A stretch of 35,055 nt of DNA, from assembly GCA_051453625.1 (NCBI GenBank), contig JBOZIK010000001.1:36618492-36653546 (forward strand), read 5' to 3'. This document shows positions 12,442 to 23,677 of the stretch, piece by piece (positions within the stretch are counted from its first letter, which is position 1; every line of letters starts with the position of its first letter). The notes under the pieces were generated by a model, which was given only the letters and a program-made list of their open reading frames with translations, did no database searches and was not told where the DNA came from. The position numbers were made by a program, and so were the translations under genes. This DNA comes from Welwitschia mirabilis. Its lineage: Eukaryota.

Positions 12442-14399
12442 TTGAAATAAGATAAAATAAAAAACTAATGTACCTCAAAAAATATTAGTGCATAATCCTG
12501 CCTCATCATCTAGACGACAAGGTGGATAACATAGCTTTCAAAAGATTTAGAAAAAAGAAAAGTATCAGTAGAATAAGATAAGCTTAGATGGTGTCATGGA
12601 GGTTGCAGAAAGATATCAGAAAGTTCAAAACATGGAAAATAATTAAGAATCATGATGATTAAGACATGATAAAGGAGTTGAATTTATAATGCACCAAGCA
12701 AAGGAAGATTATGAAATGTGTCATGAACTCAAAATCATTAGATGCATCAAAACTAAAAAAGAACATTAAAAACCTAAACTCGAAAAGAAACTAAAAGAAT
12801 AGATGGAAAAAATTATTATAATAAACTAAAGAAGTATTATTTGCATAAAAGAAAATCAACTCCTAAATAATAAAAATTATGAGTGAAAATAAAAATCAAT
12901 AAGAAAACTACTAAATGATCATGTCCTATGTATTTTTGATGAAAAAGTATGGAAGTGACTTTGAAATATTAAAGAAAATAACTAAGAAAAAAAAAATGAA
13001 AATGGACAAGTAGAAACATGAAGAATATTATGCACCTATCCTAAATTCCAACCTAGCAAACCCTTATGGAATAAATCATAAAATCACTCGATTAATGATG
13101 CATGACATAATGCAAACACTTCATAAAGTACCATTTAAATAGATAGTAATTATGATAATGCCAAGTAACTAATGTTTTTAAATAATGAATGATAAGATCA
13201 AAAGATACTCAGAAATGGACTTATCTCCTCACACTTTAAAACACAGCTGAATCCATAAAAGTGAAATTATCATATGGGAATATTACAAGCTCAATGAGTC
13301 TAGGAAACAAGCAATGCCTCTAATGATACTAGGAACACTACTAATCCCATAGCATCGAAGTATATATTATTAATCCATGATGGAAGAAGTGCAACCATAG
13401 TCAAAGAAGTAAGGACTTGCAAAGCATGACAGACTAACCCCCCTAGTGGATTTTCCACAGCTATCAACACTATCAAAAGTCCCTCTCAGAAAAATTTTCC
13501 CCAGTGTGGTAGGATATTGTGGTGATCATTTATTTATTATAGAAACAATAGATGATGGTTATTATTCTCTTTCTTCTCTGTTTTTTTTTAAATACTTCTT
13601 TAAAATAAATCTCATATGATCACACACTCTTGAAGACAAAGGTGAAGAGATAAGATGAAGAACAAGAAATAACACCTTCAAACAACTAAATATTCATATC
13701 ATTAAGAGAAAACACAAAAAAGCCCAAAGCATCTCCTTCAAAGTGAAGTTTATAGACATTTGAATGTCTTAAGATTGGGTGAATTTAGTCTTATCACTTT
13801 GAAATCCCAAGTAAAATTTACTAGTCATGGTAACTTCATAAAGTGAAATATTAGTCAAGTCTAAAAGATGTTTAAGTGATAGCATAATGTCCACCAAAAG
13901 AATCGGCTAAGAAAGAATTTAGACAATGGTAGGAGAACTTCCAAAATAAGTGCTTCTATCATGTTCAAGGTTTGATAACTCATTAACTTTTAACATTTTG
14001 TCCATTTTTTGAATTTCCTTAGTGTTCAAATCGGAAATCTCAACTAAGCCATTAAAAATATGCTTTCTCTAAAAGACAAGGACCTAAACATCTAGAGGCT
14101 AACTTGTTGTGTAAACTAAAAATAAAAATCAGAGACAAAAACATAATAAGATAAAATCAAAAGGAAAAACCAAAGAAAACTAAAAATAAATTTTATTCAA
14201 ATCCTAAATCCTATTTAACACTTTATTTAAAAGAAAAAGCAATATTTATTTCTTAAAGCTATGATCCTAAGGTAATGCACTTTCTTAGAAAAATAAGGAT
14301 CAAACCAAATATTAAGTAATCAATAAAACATAAAAATTATATAACCATTTTTTATTAAAATCAATTAGAGGTTAAAAAAATAAAATGACAAAACTCTAA

Positions 14400-16640
14400 T
14401 AGCACATATTTTTAATTCTAAATAAGAGATGAAGAAGTGATAAATCTTATTAAAAAATAATCTCTTATTAAAATGACATAAATCATAATTATCATCATAT
14501 AATGCATGCAAGAAAATACTCAAAGAAAGGATCCAAGAATATTTTGAGGGCTCTTTATACTGTTTAAAAACCTCTTTATCATTCAACTCAAGATATGGAT
14601 TTTCATTAAGGAAGTTGGGCTTTTTTCAATTATCATGACTAAATGGAATTTTGTCTTCACAAGATGTATAATAATATCTTATTAAAAAATTTGAAACATA
14701 TATTTCACTCAACAATTGATATTAAACATAATAGACATTAATGATACTATTAGAAATCCAAGGCTTTTGAAGAAACTTCTTAGGGTAACTGATTAAGGTA
14801 GGTTTAACATTCTTAAGAAGATCCTTAAGGTTTAATTCTAAGCATGGATTTAGATCAAGAAGATAAGGTTTACCCCAATTTACAGTTTCAAGATATTCCA
14901 AGTCTTATTTTTGAAAAGAATAATCATTAAAAGCATAAGGTAAAGTGGAATTTGTAAAATAGGAAAAGATGTTACTTTGATTTTTACATGGAGTGTTGAA
15001 AAGAAAAGATTGAGAGATTTTAGAAATGGATTTCTCAAGGTTATGTGTTTTATTAAATTCAGAGGGATGTGATTTGAAGAATTACTTGCATGTTCAATTG
15101 GAAAAGAAAGATAAATGTTATGATTATCAAGATCATAGGATAATGTATAAGTAGGACTAGAAGAAGGGATGTCATTTAAGTTTTTGCATGTAAGTACAAG
15201 TGAAAGAAATGGAGAAACATGTATAGACTCTTTAAGTTGGTTTATTTCATTAGAAGTTATAAGTCTATTCTCCATTAAGTTTGGTTAACTTTCTATAGTT
15301 TCTTCTTTATTCCTCTCCTCCTCGTTATTGGCTTCATCATTTCTTGATTGAATTCTTTCCTTATTTTCTTCATTATTATCTTTGATAATATCTTCCTCTT
15401 CTTCATTGTCTTTATCATTATCATTGATTATATCTTGCTCTTCTTTATTATACTCATTACTATTTTGTTAAGGATTATGATCATTTTATAAGTTGGTTGA
15501 TCAAAAATATCATTAAAACAATCATAAAAAAAAGTGCCCATTGTCTTCATTATGTAATGGAAGATTTTCTAATATTTCTTGAGTTGACTCTTCTTCCTTT
15601 CTGTTGAATAATTTAGTCAATTCTAAACTGTAATCCTTATTTTCTATTGTTGATATGCTATCACTGATTATCATCTAGGACTATTATCCAGATGACACAG
15701 GTGGATGACTCCCTTTATTATGTGAATTCTTCATTTATTTTGCTTCATTACGTAAATTCTCCATTAATCTCATATTTTGGAATTCTATTAAAGGTTTGAC
15801 CCCTTTATCCTCATTACAAAGTAAATGCAAATCATATCAGTATCATCATCTTCTTCCTCACCTTCCTCATTATTTTACTGCATTTCATTATTTTTAATTT
15901 ATTATATTTATTAAAAAGAAAAATGTGATTATTATCTTCAATATGGATTAAAGAATTTTTAGATTATTCATGAATTAATGATTTTATTTCATTCATATTT
16001 AAAAAGAAATGAATGAGTTATAATCATCATCCTCTGACAAATAGTCATCTTCATCCATCTTGTTGGATAATGGAGTTAAATTATCATTATCCTTCTTTTG
16101 TTATTCATCTCCTAATAAGTGGAATATTGTAGGTTAATCCATAATTTCATTTTCTATGTTGAAACAAGAATTGTTGTTACTTGTTATTTCTAAGTTCTCT
16201 TCATATTTTTTAAGGTGGAATGTAGGAGGATAGGTTTGTTGTGTAAAAGAATCTTGAGATAGTTGAATTTGTAATAAATTTTGTTGAAACATCTCAACTA
16301 GATTTTATATGTTCTTGTTGGTATTTTTTGCCTTTTTTTCATTTTGTTAAGCATTTATATCACTGAGTTATTTCTTTCTTCATAATAATTTAGGAAAATG
16401 GATTTCTTCTTCATGATAACTGATGGGAAATGGTTATTCTTCATACTAGATTATGGAAGATGGTTGTTCTTTATAATAACTCATGGGAGATGGTTGTTCA
16501 TAATAACCCATTGAAGATGATTGTTCTTCATAATAACTCATGGGAGATGGTTGGAATTCACTAGAATGATTATAGGTGTTTCACTAGATGAGGTAGAATC
16601 CCTAAAATGTTGCAAATTGTTATTGTCATTTTTATTTAAA
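14400..16640 (-). pseudogene. Decayed acidic, Asn/Glu-rich ORF of element A, possibly derived from the gag C-terminus; homologous to about 26100-27620
   Basis: The ORF-track fragments 14880-15275 and 26509-26691 are homologous (YDLDNHNIYLSFPIEHAS vs YNLDNDNISPSLPFEPS). It contains PSPMSYYEEQ repeats, and the homologous element C copy has a KNLENPVEIL coil-like segment. Confidence 0.5.
16400..16552 (-). repeat. 30-bp in-frame tandem repeat, about 5 copies, encoding PSPMSYYEEQ on the minus strand
   Basis: The unit gagatggttgttcttcataataactcatgg is repeated. One unit is shorter by 3 bp, which preserves the frame. Confidence 0.85.
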
Positions 16641-17670
16641 CCTTGAAAAGAAGGGGAAGAAGGTTAAAAAATGAAAGGGGCCTAATTCCTAGTCTCAACA
16701 TCTTTTGGTATTGTCCAAAATTGATTTTTAAATATTTAATTAAGTTTTCTATTTCCATTATTCTTAGAAATTCTATTGTTCCTACTTTCTTCAGCTCTTA
16801 TTTTTACCAATATTTTTCAAAGTGATCTCTTATCATTATTCTTAGAAGTAGATATGAAGGATGAATAAGAATAATTCTCAGTTCTAAGTTCTATGTCATC
16901 ATTAGAAGATAAGTTAAAAGATTTTTATTTTTTATGTATTTTTTAGCAATTATTTTTTATTTATAACATTCAAATTTAAACTAGAGGTTTCTATTATGTT
17001 TGTATTAAGCAACGCTACTCATTAATGAAGAAGGAGATAAAATGATATTTTTTCCCTATTTAATTATTTTTACTATCAATCTTTAAAAAATTTGGTTCTA
17101 ATCTAATAAAAGCAGGAAAAATTTCTTCACATCTTGGAAATTAGATACCTAAGGTGTGCATACTTAAATTTTATTTATAATTGAGTAAGTCTTTTTTGAT
17201 ATTTTTTTGGTTAAGCTTCGTTCCCTTAGATATTTTAGCTTTTCACTTGATTTTATCATGTTCTTTCATGCTAAAAAAAGATATTTGCTTATTTGTCATC
17301 TTAGTTGAAAACAAAAAAATGAAGAAAATAGAAAATAAAATCATCAAAAACTAGAACAAAAACACACCGTTAGTCATCTTCCTATGCCATCCAGACAATG
17401 AAGGAGATGATATCAACTTGATTACATAGTAGAAAACTAAAAATCAATCTATAGAAAAATCATAGAAAATAATGAACCTAGGCCATCATCCACTTATGTT
17501 GTCTATATGACAGACTAGATGGCCAGTCAAAAAATGTGGAAATAAAAAAAACCTATAAAAAGAAAATCTATGGTATGTACAGTAAATACAATGCTCCCAT
17601 AAACAAATACCTGAATCAAAATCCAAGACACTTATCTGGGTAATGATAATCCTTGAACTTCTTACGACCT

Positions 17671-17688
17671 TCTCCAATAATGACATCA
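17671..17688 (-). promoter_or_regulatory. Primer-binding site (tRNA-Asp type) of element A
   Basis: tctccaataatgacatca vs the plant tRNA-Asp 3' end tccccggcaacggcgcca. All 8 differences are C>T or G>A, and it lies 3 nt from the LTR. Confidence 0.8.
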
Positions 17689-17691
17689 AAA

Positions 17692-18957
17692 TGTTGTGGT
17701 GCATATTTGTGCAATTATTATGTCCTTAAGCAAATCCTAAAAATTACAAATATATTTGCAAAACACACACACTAGTATAGACTAGAATGAACCCAGATGT
17801 GGTAATCCATCGAAGGCACAGGCAAGAAGAAAAAAAATTCATTTCCAATGAAATATTTTTGTATTTTTTATTTAAGTAGATAAAAATAAATAATAATGCA
17901 AGAGACAATGCAAAGTAAACACACTATGCTATGAAATGCAAAAAATACTCTAAATGAAATATCTATCTTATTATCAAATCCTATCACAAAGATTAATCCT
18001 GTGTAACCTAAATCAATTAAGGAAAATTTTTACTAAATCCTAACCAACCTAATCTAGTAGGTACATCAAATAGAATATGAAAAACATGCAATATTATGCT
18101 ACAAAATGGAAAATGCAATGCAATGCAACTACTCTAATAGTTTTAACCTTAACAAAGGTTGTCCTCGTAATCTATATCAAGTATAAAACTATCAAAGAAT
18201 CATATTCAACATAAATCATAAGGGAGAAGCACATAAGACAATATATAAAAAAAATAGAGTTTTAATTAAAATTGAACCAACATTCATGTTACAAAGTAGT
18301 AGCACCTCAATGAAGGAAACACAGTTCAGCACCAAGAAAGATTTCTCTCAGCAACAATGGATGGACATCCTATCCTTCAATCTCTTATCACAAGAATTTT
18401 TTGTGCCAAAGAAGACCATCAGAGTCGAGGGAAAAAGAAGGTATTTATTACAATGGAAGAACTCTAAAAACAACAAATCTAATAGAAAAAATCAAAAACC
18501 TAATAGCACATAGAAGGTGCATGACATATTACATGAGTTAGATGAAGTTTGATTCTTTAATTAAAAATAGTGATCATCCTATTTTGCATTTGGACAATGG
18601 TAAAGATGATGACACATCAAGAGAAGTTCTATATTTAGCTTCTATCATTAGTACAATTATCATCCTTGTTAGCATACAGTTGGTGTCATTCATACTATCA
18701 TCTAGATGATGAAGGGGACAACCATCTTTTTAAAGCTCTTCATCAAGTCAAATAGGCCTTGTAGATCATTAATTCCTTCTCAGAATATGAAGTATCATAA
18801 GTGATTCAAAATACCTCCAAATGTGCTAGTGATTTTGCACTTCCATGATTTTCTCTTTGACTCTTAATAATCGTTGTTTTTTACTTAAACCTGTCTAACT
18901 GTCCTACAAAACTACTCAAAATACCCCATGAAAAACATACAATTTGGCATTACAACA
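17692..18957 (-). repeat. 5' LTR of element A
   Basis: TGTTGTGGTGC...TTGGCATTACAACA with the PBS adjacent. Confidence 0.92.
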
Positions 18958-20040
18958 TTACTATACCTATCATTTCATATTAAATCTTAATCCCCATATA
19001 TGTTTCAACATGTGAGTACTTCTATAGTGTTATTTAGTAAATAACTAATAAAATCCTTAATGGTTCAAAGGGAATAAACCATCAAATCTTGCCCTATACT
19101 TATTGACTATCTTATTTAATATATGCTTAATTTTTAAACACTTATTTATTTGTTATCATTTCCTTACCAAGGAATAAGTCTATTAGTTCCCATGTGTTAT
19201 TATTAATTAATGACTCATAATTCATGCATATTGCAACCATCGTAATTCTAGATATTTATTTGTATTCTCTAGGAAGATTTGAATTGCAAGGTATGGATTC
19301 AAAAAATCCATTATATTTTCTTTTATTTTATAGAAAGAAATTACAATATGAGTGTTAGACATATTAATTTCATTTGATCTAACCTCCCTAAAAAATTAAT
19401 GGACGTCATGATACTCATGTCTTATGGAATTATATGTAGGAACTTTTATAGTTTCATCATTAGATTAGGGATTCCTTCATTTGAACTTTATATATCATTT
19501 TAATATCTATATTATGTTCTAGCTATTAAACCTATTTCTATTATCTAAGAGGTTGGCCATCTTACTGCTATTTAATCCTTGATATTATCTTCTGCTATTA
19601 GGCCATTGATAAAGTCAATGATAAATGGCTTTCTAGATTTACTATTATTATAATACATTAGGTATATCACTTTCTTTCCTAAATATCAAAATGCCTAGAT
19701 TACATTCATCTAATTAAATCCCTTTACCTTGTAATACTATCATTTCATGTGATGAGCTCTCCATCGAACTCTGTAAAAATAACATTATAAGATAATATGA
19801 TTTACACTCCAAATTTTACATATTTTCCTCCAAAAACTTTAGTAAATAAAATATTTTAATGCTATAGATATCATGGTTAACATTAAATTATCATTAGTTA
19901 AATTTAATTTTTATAATTACTAAATTATAAATGAGAAGAACTGATACTTAGATTCTATTTTATAGACCATCTTGAGCTATCTAGTGTTTAACCTAAGTGA
20001 ACAACCTAGGAAGACTAGTTTCACCATTAGATACATAATG
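18958..20040 (-). pseudogene. Copia pol fragment (integrase followed by the RT N-terminus)
   Basis: Minus strand motifs in copia order: PGCSLG (zinc-binding relic), KIKF, EKKVIYLMY..NSK, NYESLINNNTWELIDLFLGKEMITNK*VFK, KYRARF, then after a deletion DGL...YMGIKI. Confidence 0.85.
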
Positions 20041-20044
20041 TCAC

Positions 20045-22140
20045 TAATGTTCTCAAGAAAAATATGTTCTAGAATATTGGAATTTTGTTTCTCTTGTAAT
20101 TTTGTAAGATTAACAATAGAGTTTTGAAGATAATCATCCTGATGTTAGAAATTTGATGGACTTGGTTGAAAGTTTGAATTTTTAAATTGATTTTTAAAAG
20201 ATTAAGAATTGTTTTGAAAATGTGTATTTAACCTAGGTTGTGCCTGATTTTGATTTCTAAAGTTTGGAAATGTTTGATTAAAAGTGCAAACTTCTTCATG
20301 TATTCTCTCTTTGTATGTTGGCAAAAGTGGACAATCCTTGATAATGTGATAATTGTCCTCACATAAATCACATGTTGGCACAACATTTTTCTTGAATGAT
20401 AATTTGGAATTTAAGATCATTTTAGTATACTTCTCCAGGATTGTTATGAAATTTTTAATTAGATTTTTAGGATTGTAGTCCACCTCTTTTTCTTGTTTAA
20501 CCTCTTTCAAATCTCTGATGAGTTACCCTATAGTATGGTTTTCCTTTGATGTTAGCTAAGTTTAGCTTACCTGCACAAGTTCCTCTAATATTTCCTAAGC
20601 GTTTTCTAATGTTAGGTTTATGAGGTTTCCATCATAAGAAAAGTCTATAAGTTGTTTTGTGTGATAGTATAGCCCACTATAAAAGTAGTTAACAAGTTCT
20701 TCTTATGAAAAAGTATCTACTGGATTAGAGTAAATTACTATAAAGGACCATTCATATGTGAAAGCATAATCCTCATTTGGCTATTGTTGAAAGTTTATTA
20801 TTTTTTTCCTTTTTCTAATGGTTTCTTCACTCATGAATCTTTTGATGAAAGTTTCTTGGACTTAATTCCAAAATTTTAAACTTTTGTGGAATATAGTTTT
20901 TAGCCTATTTTTAGCTCTTCCTTTTAATGCCATAGGAAAGATTACCATGTATGTTCTATCGCTAATCTTTTTCTTTTCATTTCTTGAGGTAAGAATTAAT
21001 TATTCTATATCTACAATATGTTGAATGGGATCCTCATCATCTTCNNNNNNNNNNNNNNNNNNNNNNNNNNNNNNNNNNNNNNNNNNNNNNNNNNNNNNNN
21101 NNNNNNNNNNNNNNNNNNNNNNNNNNNNNNNNNNNNNNNNNNNNNNNNNNNNNNNNNNNNNNNNNNNNNNNNNNNNNNNNNNNNNNNNNNNNNNNNNNNN
21201 NNNNNNNNNNNNNNNNNNNNNNNNNNNNNNNNNNNNNNNNNNNNNNNNNNNNNNNNNNNNNNNNNNNNNNNNNNNNNNNNNNNNNNNNNNNNNNNNNNNN
21301 NNNNNNNNNNNNNNNNNNNNNNNNNNNNNNNNNNNNNNNNNNNNNNNNNNNNNNNNNNNNNNNNNNNNNNNNNNNNNNNNNNNNNNNNNNNNNNNNNNNN
21401 NNNNNNNNNNNNNNNNNNNNNNNNNNNNNNNNNNNNNNNNNNNNNNNNNNNNNNNNNNNNNNNNNNNNNNNNNNNNNNNNNNNNNNNNNNNNNNNNNNNN
21501 NNNNNNNNNNNNNNNNNNNNNNNNNNNNNNNNNNNNNNNNNNNNNNNNNNNNNNNNNNNNNNNNNNNNNNNNNNNNNNNNNNNNNNNNNNNNNNNNNNNN
21601 NNNNNNNNNNNNNNNNNNNNNNNNNNNNNNNNNNNNNNNNNNNNNNNNNNNNNNNNNNNNNNNNNNNNNNNNNNNNNNNNNNNNNNNNNNNNNNNNNNNN
21701 NNNNNNNNNNNNNNNNNNNNNNNNNNNNNNNNNNNNNNNNNNNNNNNNNNNNNNNNNNNNNNNNNNNNNNNNNNNNNNNNATTCTATATCTATAATATGT
21801 TCGACATGATTCTTATCATATTCGCCATTAAAAGTTGGATAGGAATTTAGGGTTTTTAGCTTAATATCATCTCCTAGGGGTAAATCAAAATGGTTTGAAT
21901 TTCTCGTTTCTTATTGGCTAGTAATTCCCTCAGGGTAAGGTTTGCATTAGGACTAGGGATTAAAAATCCTACAACTTACTTTTGTTTTTAGGTAGTACTC
22001 AACATTGTAAACTAAGTTTCTTCTCTAAGATTTTCTTTAATGAGATCTAATTTAAAAAACATAAATTCAAAAGGAGGATTGTATGCACCTAGATATTGCT
22101 TTTCCAATTCGTTTCTGAAGTTCTCTAGTTCTTATCTAAT
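20045..22140 (-). pseudogene. gag: Athila-type gag relic of element B, spanning an N gap
   Basis: EDPIQHI, FPMALKGRAKN.L, TFIKRF, NFQQ*PNE, YFYSGL..TKQLIDFSYDGNL...ENA*EILEEL, CDLCEDNYHIIKDCP, then an N/Q-rich tail. This is the Retrotrans_gag layout typical of Athila. Confidence 0.88.
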
Positions 22141-22560
22141 GTTTTTTTCTATCAACAAACTTTCTGTCGATTATTTCTTTTTTAGATTGACCATATGACA
22201 GCATCCCGCAAATAGAAAATAATAGAAAACAAAATAAAAAACAATAGACTATTATTCTATCTGTCGTGGAATAATAAAAGAGACGATACACATATAAAAT
22301 AGAAAATAGAAATTTAATAGAGAAGAAACCCAAAAATTGGAAAAACACATAGGCTATCATCGTAATTGGTTATGCAAATAACACAAGAGACAATGGAATT
22401 ATTATTATGCTCATAGAAAACTGCAATCTTAAATCTAAAATCCAAAAACAAAAAACCTACGGTTCCTAATTAAAATACAACATCGCTACAGATAAATAAT
22501 CGAATGGAAATCCGATGTACTCACCCAGATAATGATAATTCTCATGTTCCTTAGTAGTCT

Positions 22561-22578
22561 TCTCCAACAATGATGCCA
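22561..22578 (-). promoter_or_regulatory. Primer-binding site (tRNA-Asp type) of element B
   Basis: tctccaacaatgatgcca has 6 transitions from tccccggcaacggcgcca and is adjacent to the LTR. Confidence 0.85.
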
Positions 22579-22581
22579 ATT

Positions 22582-23677
22582 TATTTGCAGTGCATATTTG
22601 TGTAAGCATTTATAATCAAAAAGATCCTGTCATTTACAAATAAAATAAATATCTTGCATAATACAATACACTAGTATGAATGGGAGTANNNNNNNNNNNN
22701 NNNNNNNNNNNNNNNNNNNNNNNNNNNNNNNNNNNNNNNNNNNNNNNNNNNNNNNNNNNNNNNNNNNNNNNNNNNNNNNNNNNNNNNNNNNNNNNNNNNN
22801 NNNNNNNNNNNNNNNNNNNNNNNNNNNNNNNNNNNNNNNNNNNNNNNNNNNNNNNNNNNNNNNNNNNNNNNNNNNNNNNNNNNNNNNNNNNNNNNNNNNN
22901 NNNNNNNNNNNNNNNNNNNNNNNNNNNNNNNNNNNNNNNNNNNNNNNNNNNNNNNNNNNNNNNNNNNNNNNNNNNNNNNNNNNNNNNNNNNNNNNNNNNN
23001 NNNNNNNNNNNNNNNNNNNNNNNNNNNNNNNNNNNNNNNNNNNNNNNNNNNNNNNNNNNNNNNNNNNNNNNNNNNNGATCTCCTGTCACAAGAATTTCTA
23101 GTGCATTGAAGATAGACAGGAGAGTGGAAATGGCAGGGGCGGGAAGGGGGGGTGGGTGGGGGGGAGGGGGGTGGGGTCTTATTTGTAGGGTTACAAAGCA
23201 AAACCATTATACAAAAGATGATTCAAAACATGCTCAATTATAGTAAAAGAAATGGACAAAATGGTTAAGGTCGGCTATCAGAATCAGTTACAGTGGTCGT
23301 CCTAACTGTCATCTAGATGACATAAAGGATGACAACTCATTATAAAAGATGACTCAACAGATGACTTAGCAATGTTCAGTAGTCAACATTAGCATTCAAA
23401 TGTGTAGTCATCCTTCCTGTCACGGGGATGACATAGGGGATGATAGTTTTCTTTATTTATTTGAGTGAGAAGAAGTTAGCATTTTCCATTAGTAATCTTC
23501 CTTCACAACCTTGAGTATCAGAATGTGCCTTAAATGCCTCAAATCATGCTAAGAATTACACATTTCTAAGATCTTGTATTGATTCTCCAAAATTCTCAGA
23601 ATTGCATCTAAACCTATACAAATGTTTTGCAAAATAGCTCATAAAAACCCATCAAATAACCATAAATTGGTAACACA
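22582..23677 (-). repeat. Athila-like LTR (same subfamily as the solo LTR 4413-5928), containing an N gap
   Basis: Both ends and 23248-23460 match the reverse complement of the solo LTR. The right terminus appears slightly clipped (cataaattggtaacaca). Confidence 0.88.

Larger units (their letters stand above)
9402..18957 (-). mobile_element. Non-autonomous (pol-less) Athila-like LTR retrotransposon, element A, about 9.55 kb
   Basis: Two collinear LTRs of about 1.26 kb and a tRNA-Asp PBS. The probable decayed TSD is CCACT (9397-9401) / TTACT (18958-18962). I found no RT, RNase H or integrase motifs in the 7-kb interior. Confidence 0.85.

Noticed and set aside
16400..16552. 30-bp repeats as a possible CRISPR array
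   Set aside because: The units are head-to-tail with no unique spacers, there are no cas genes, and the context is a plant retroelement.
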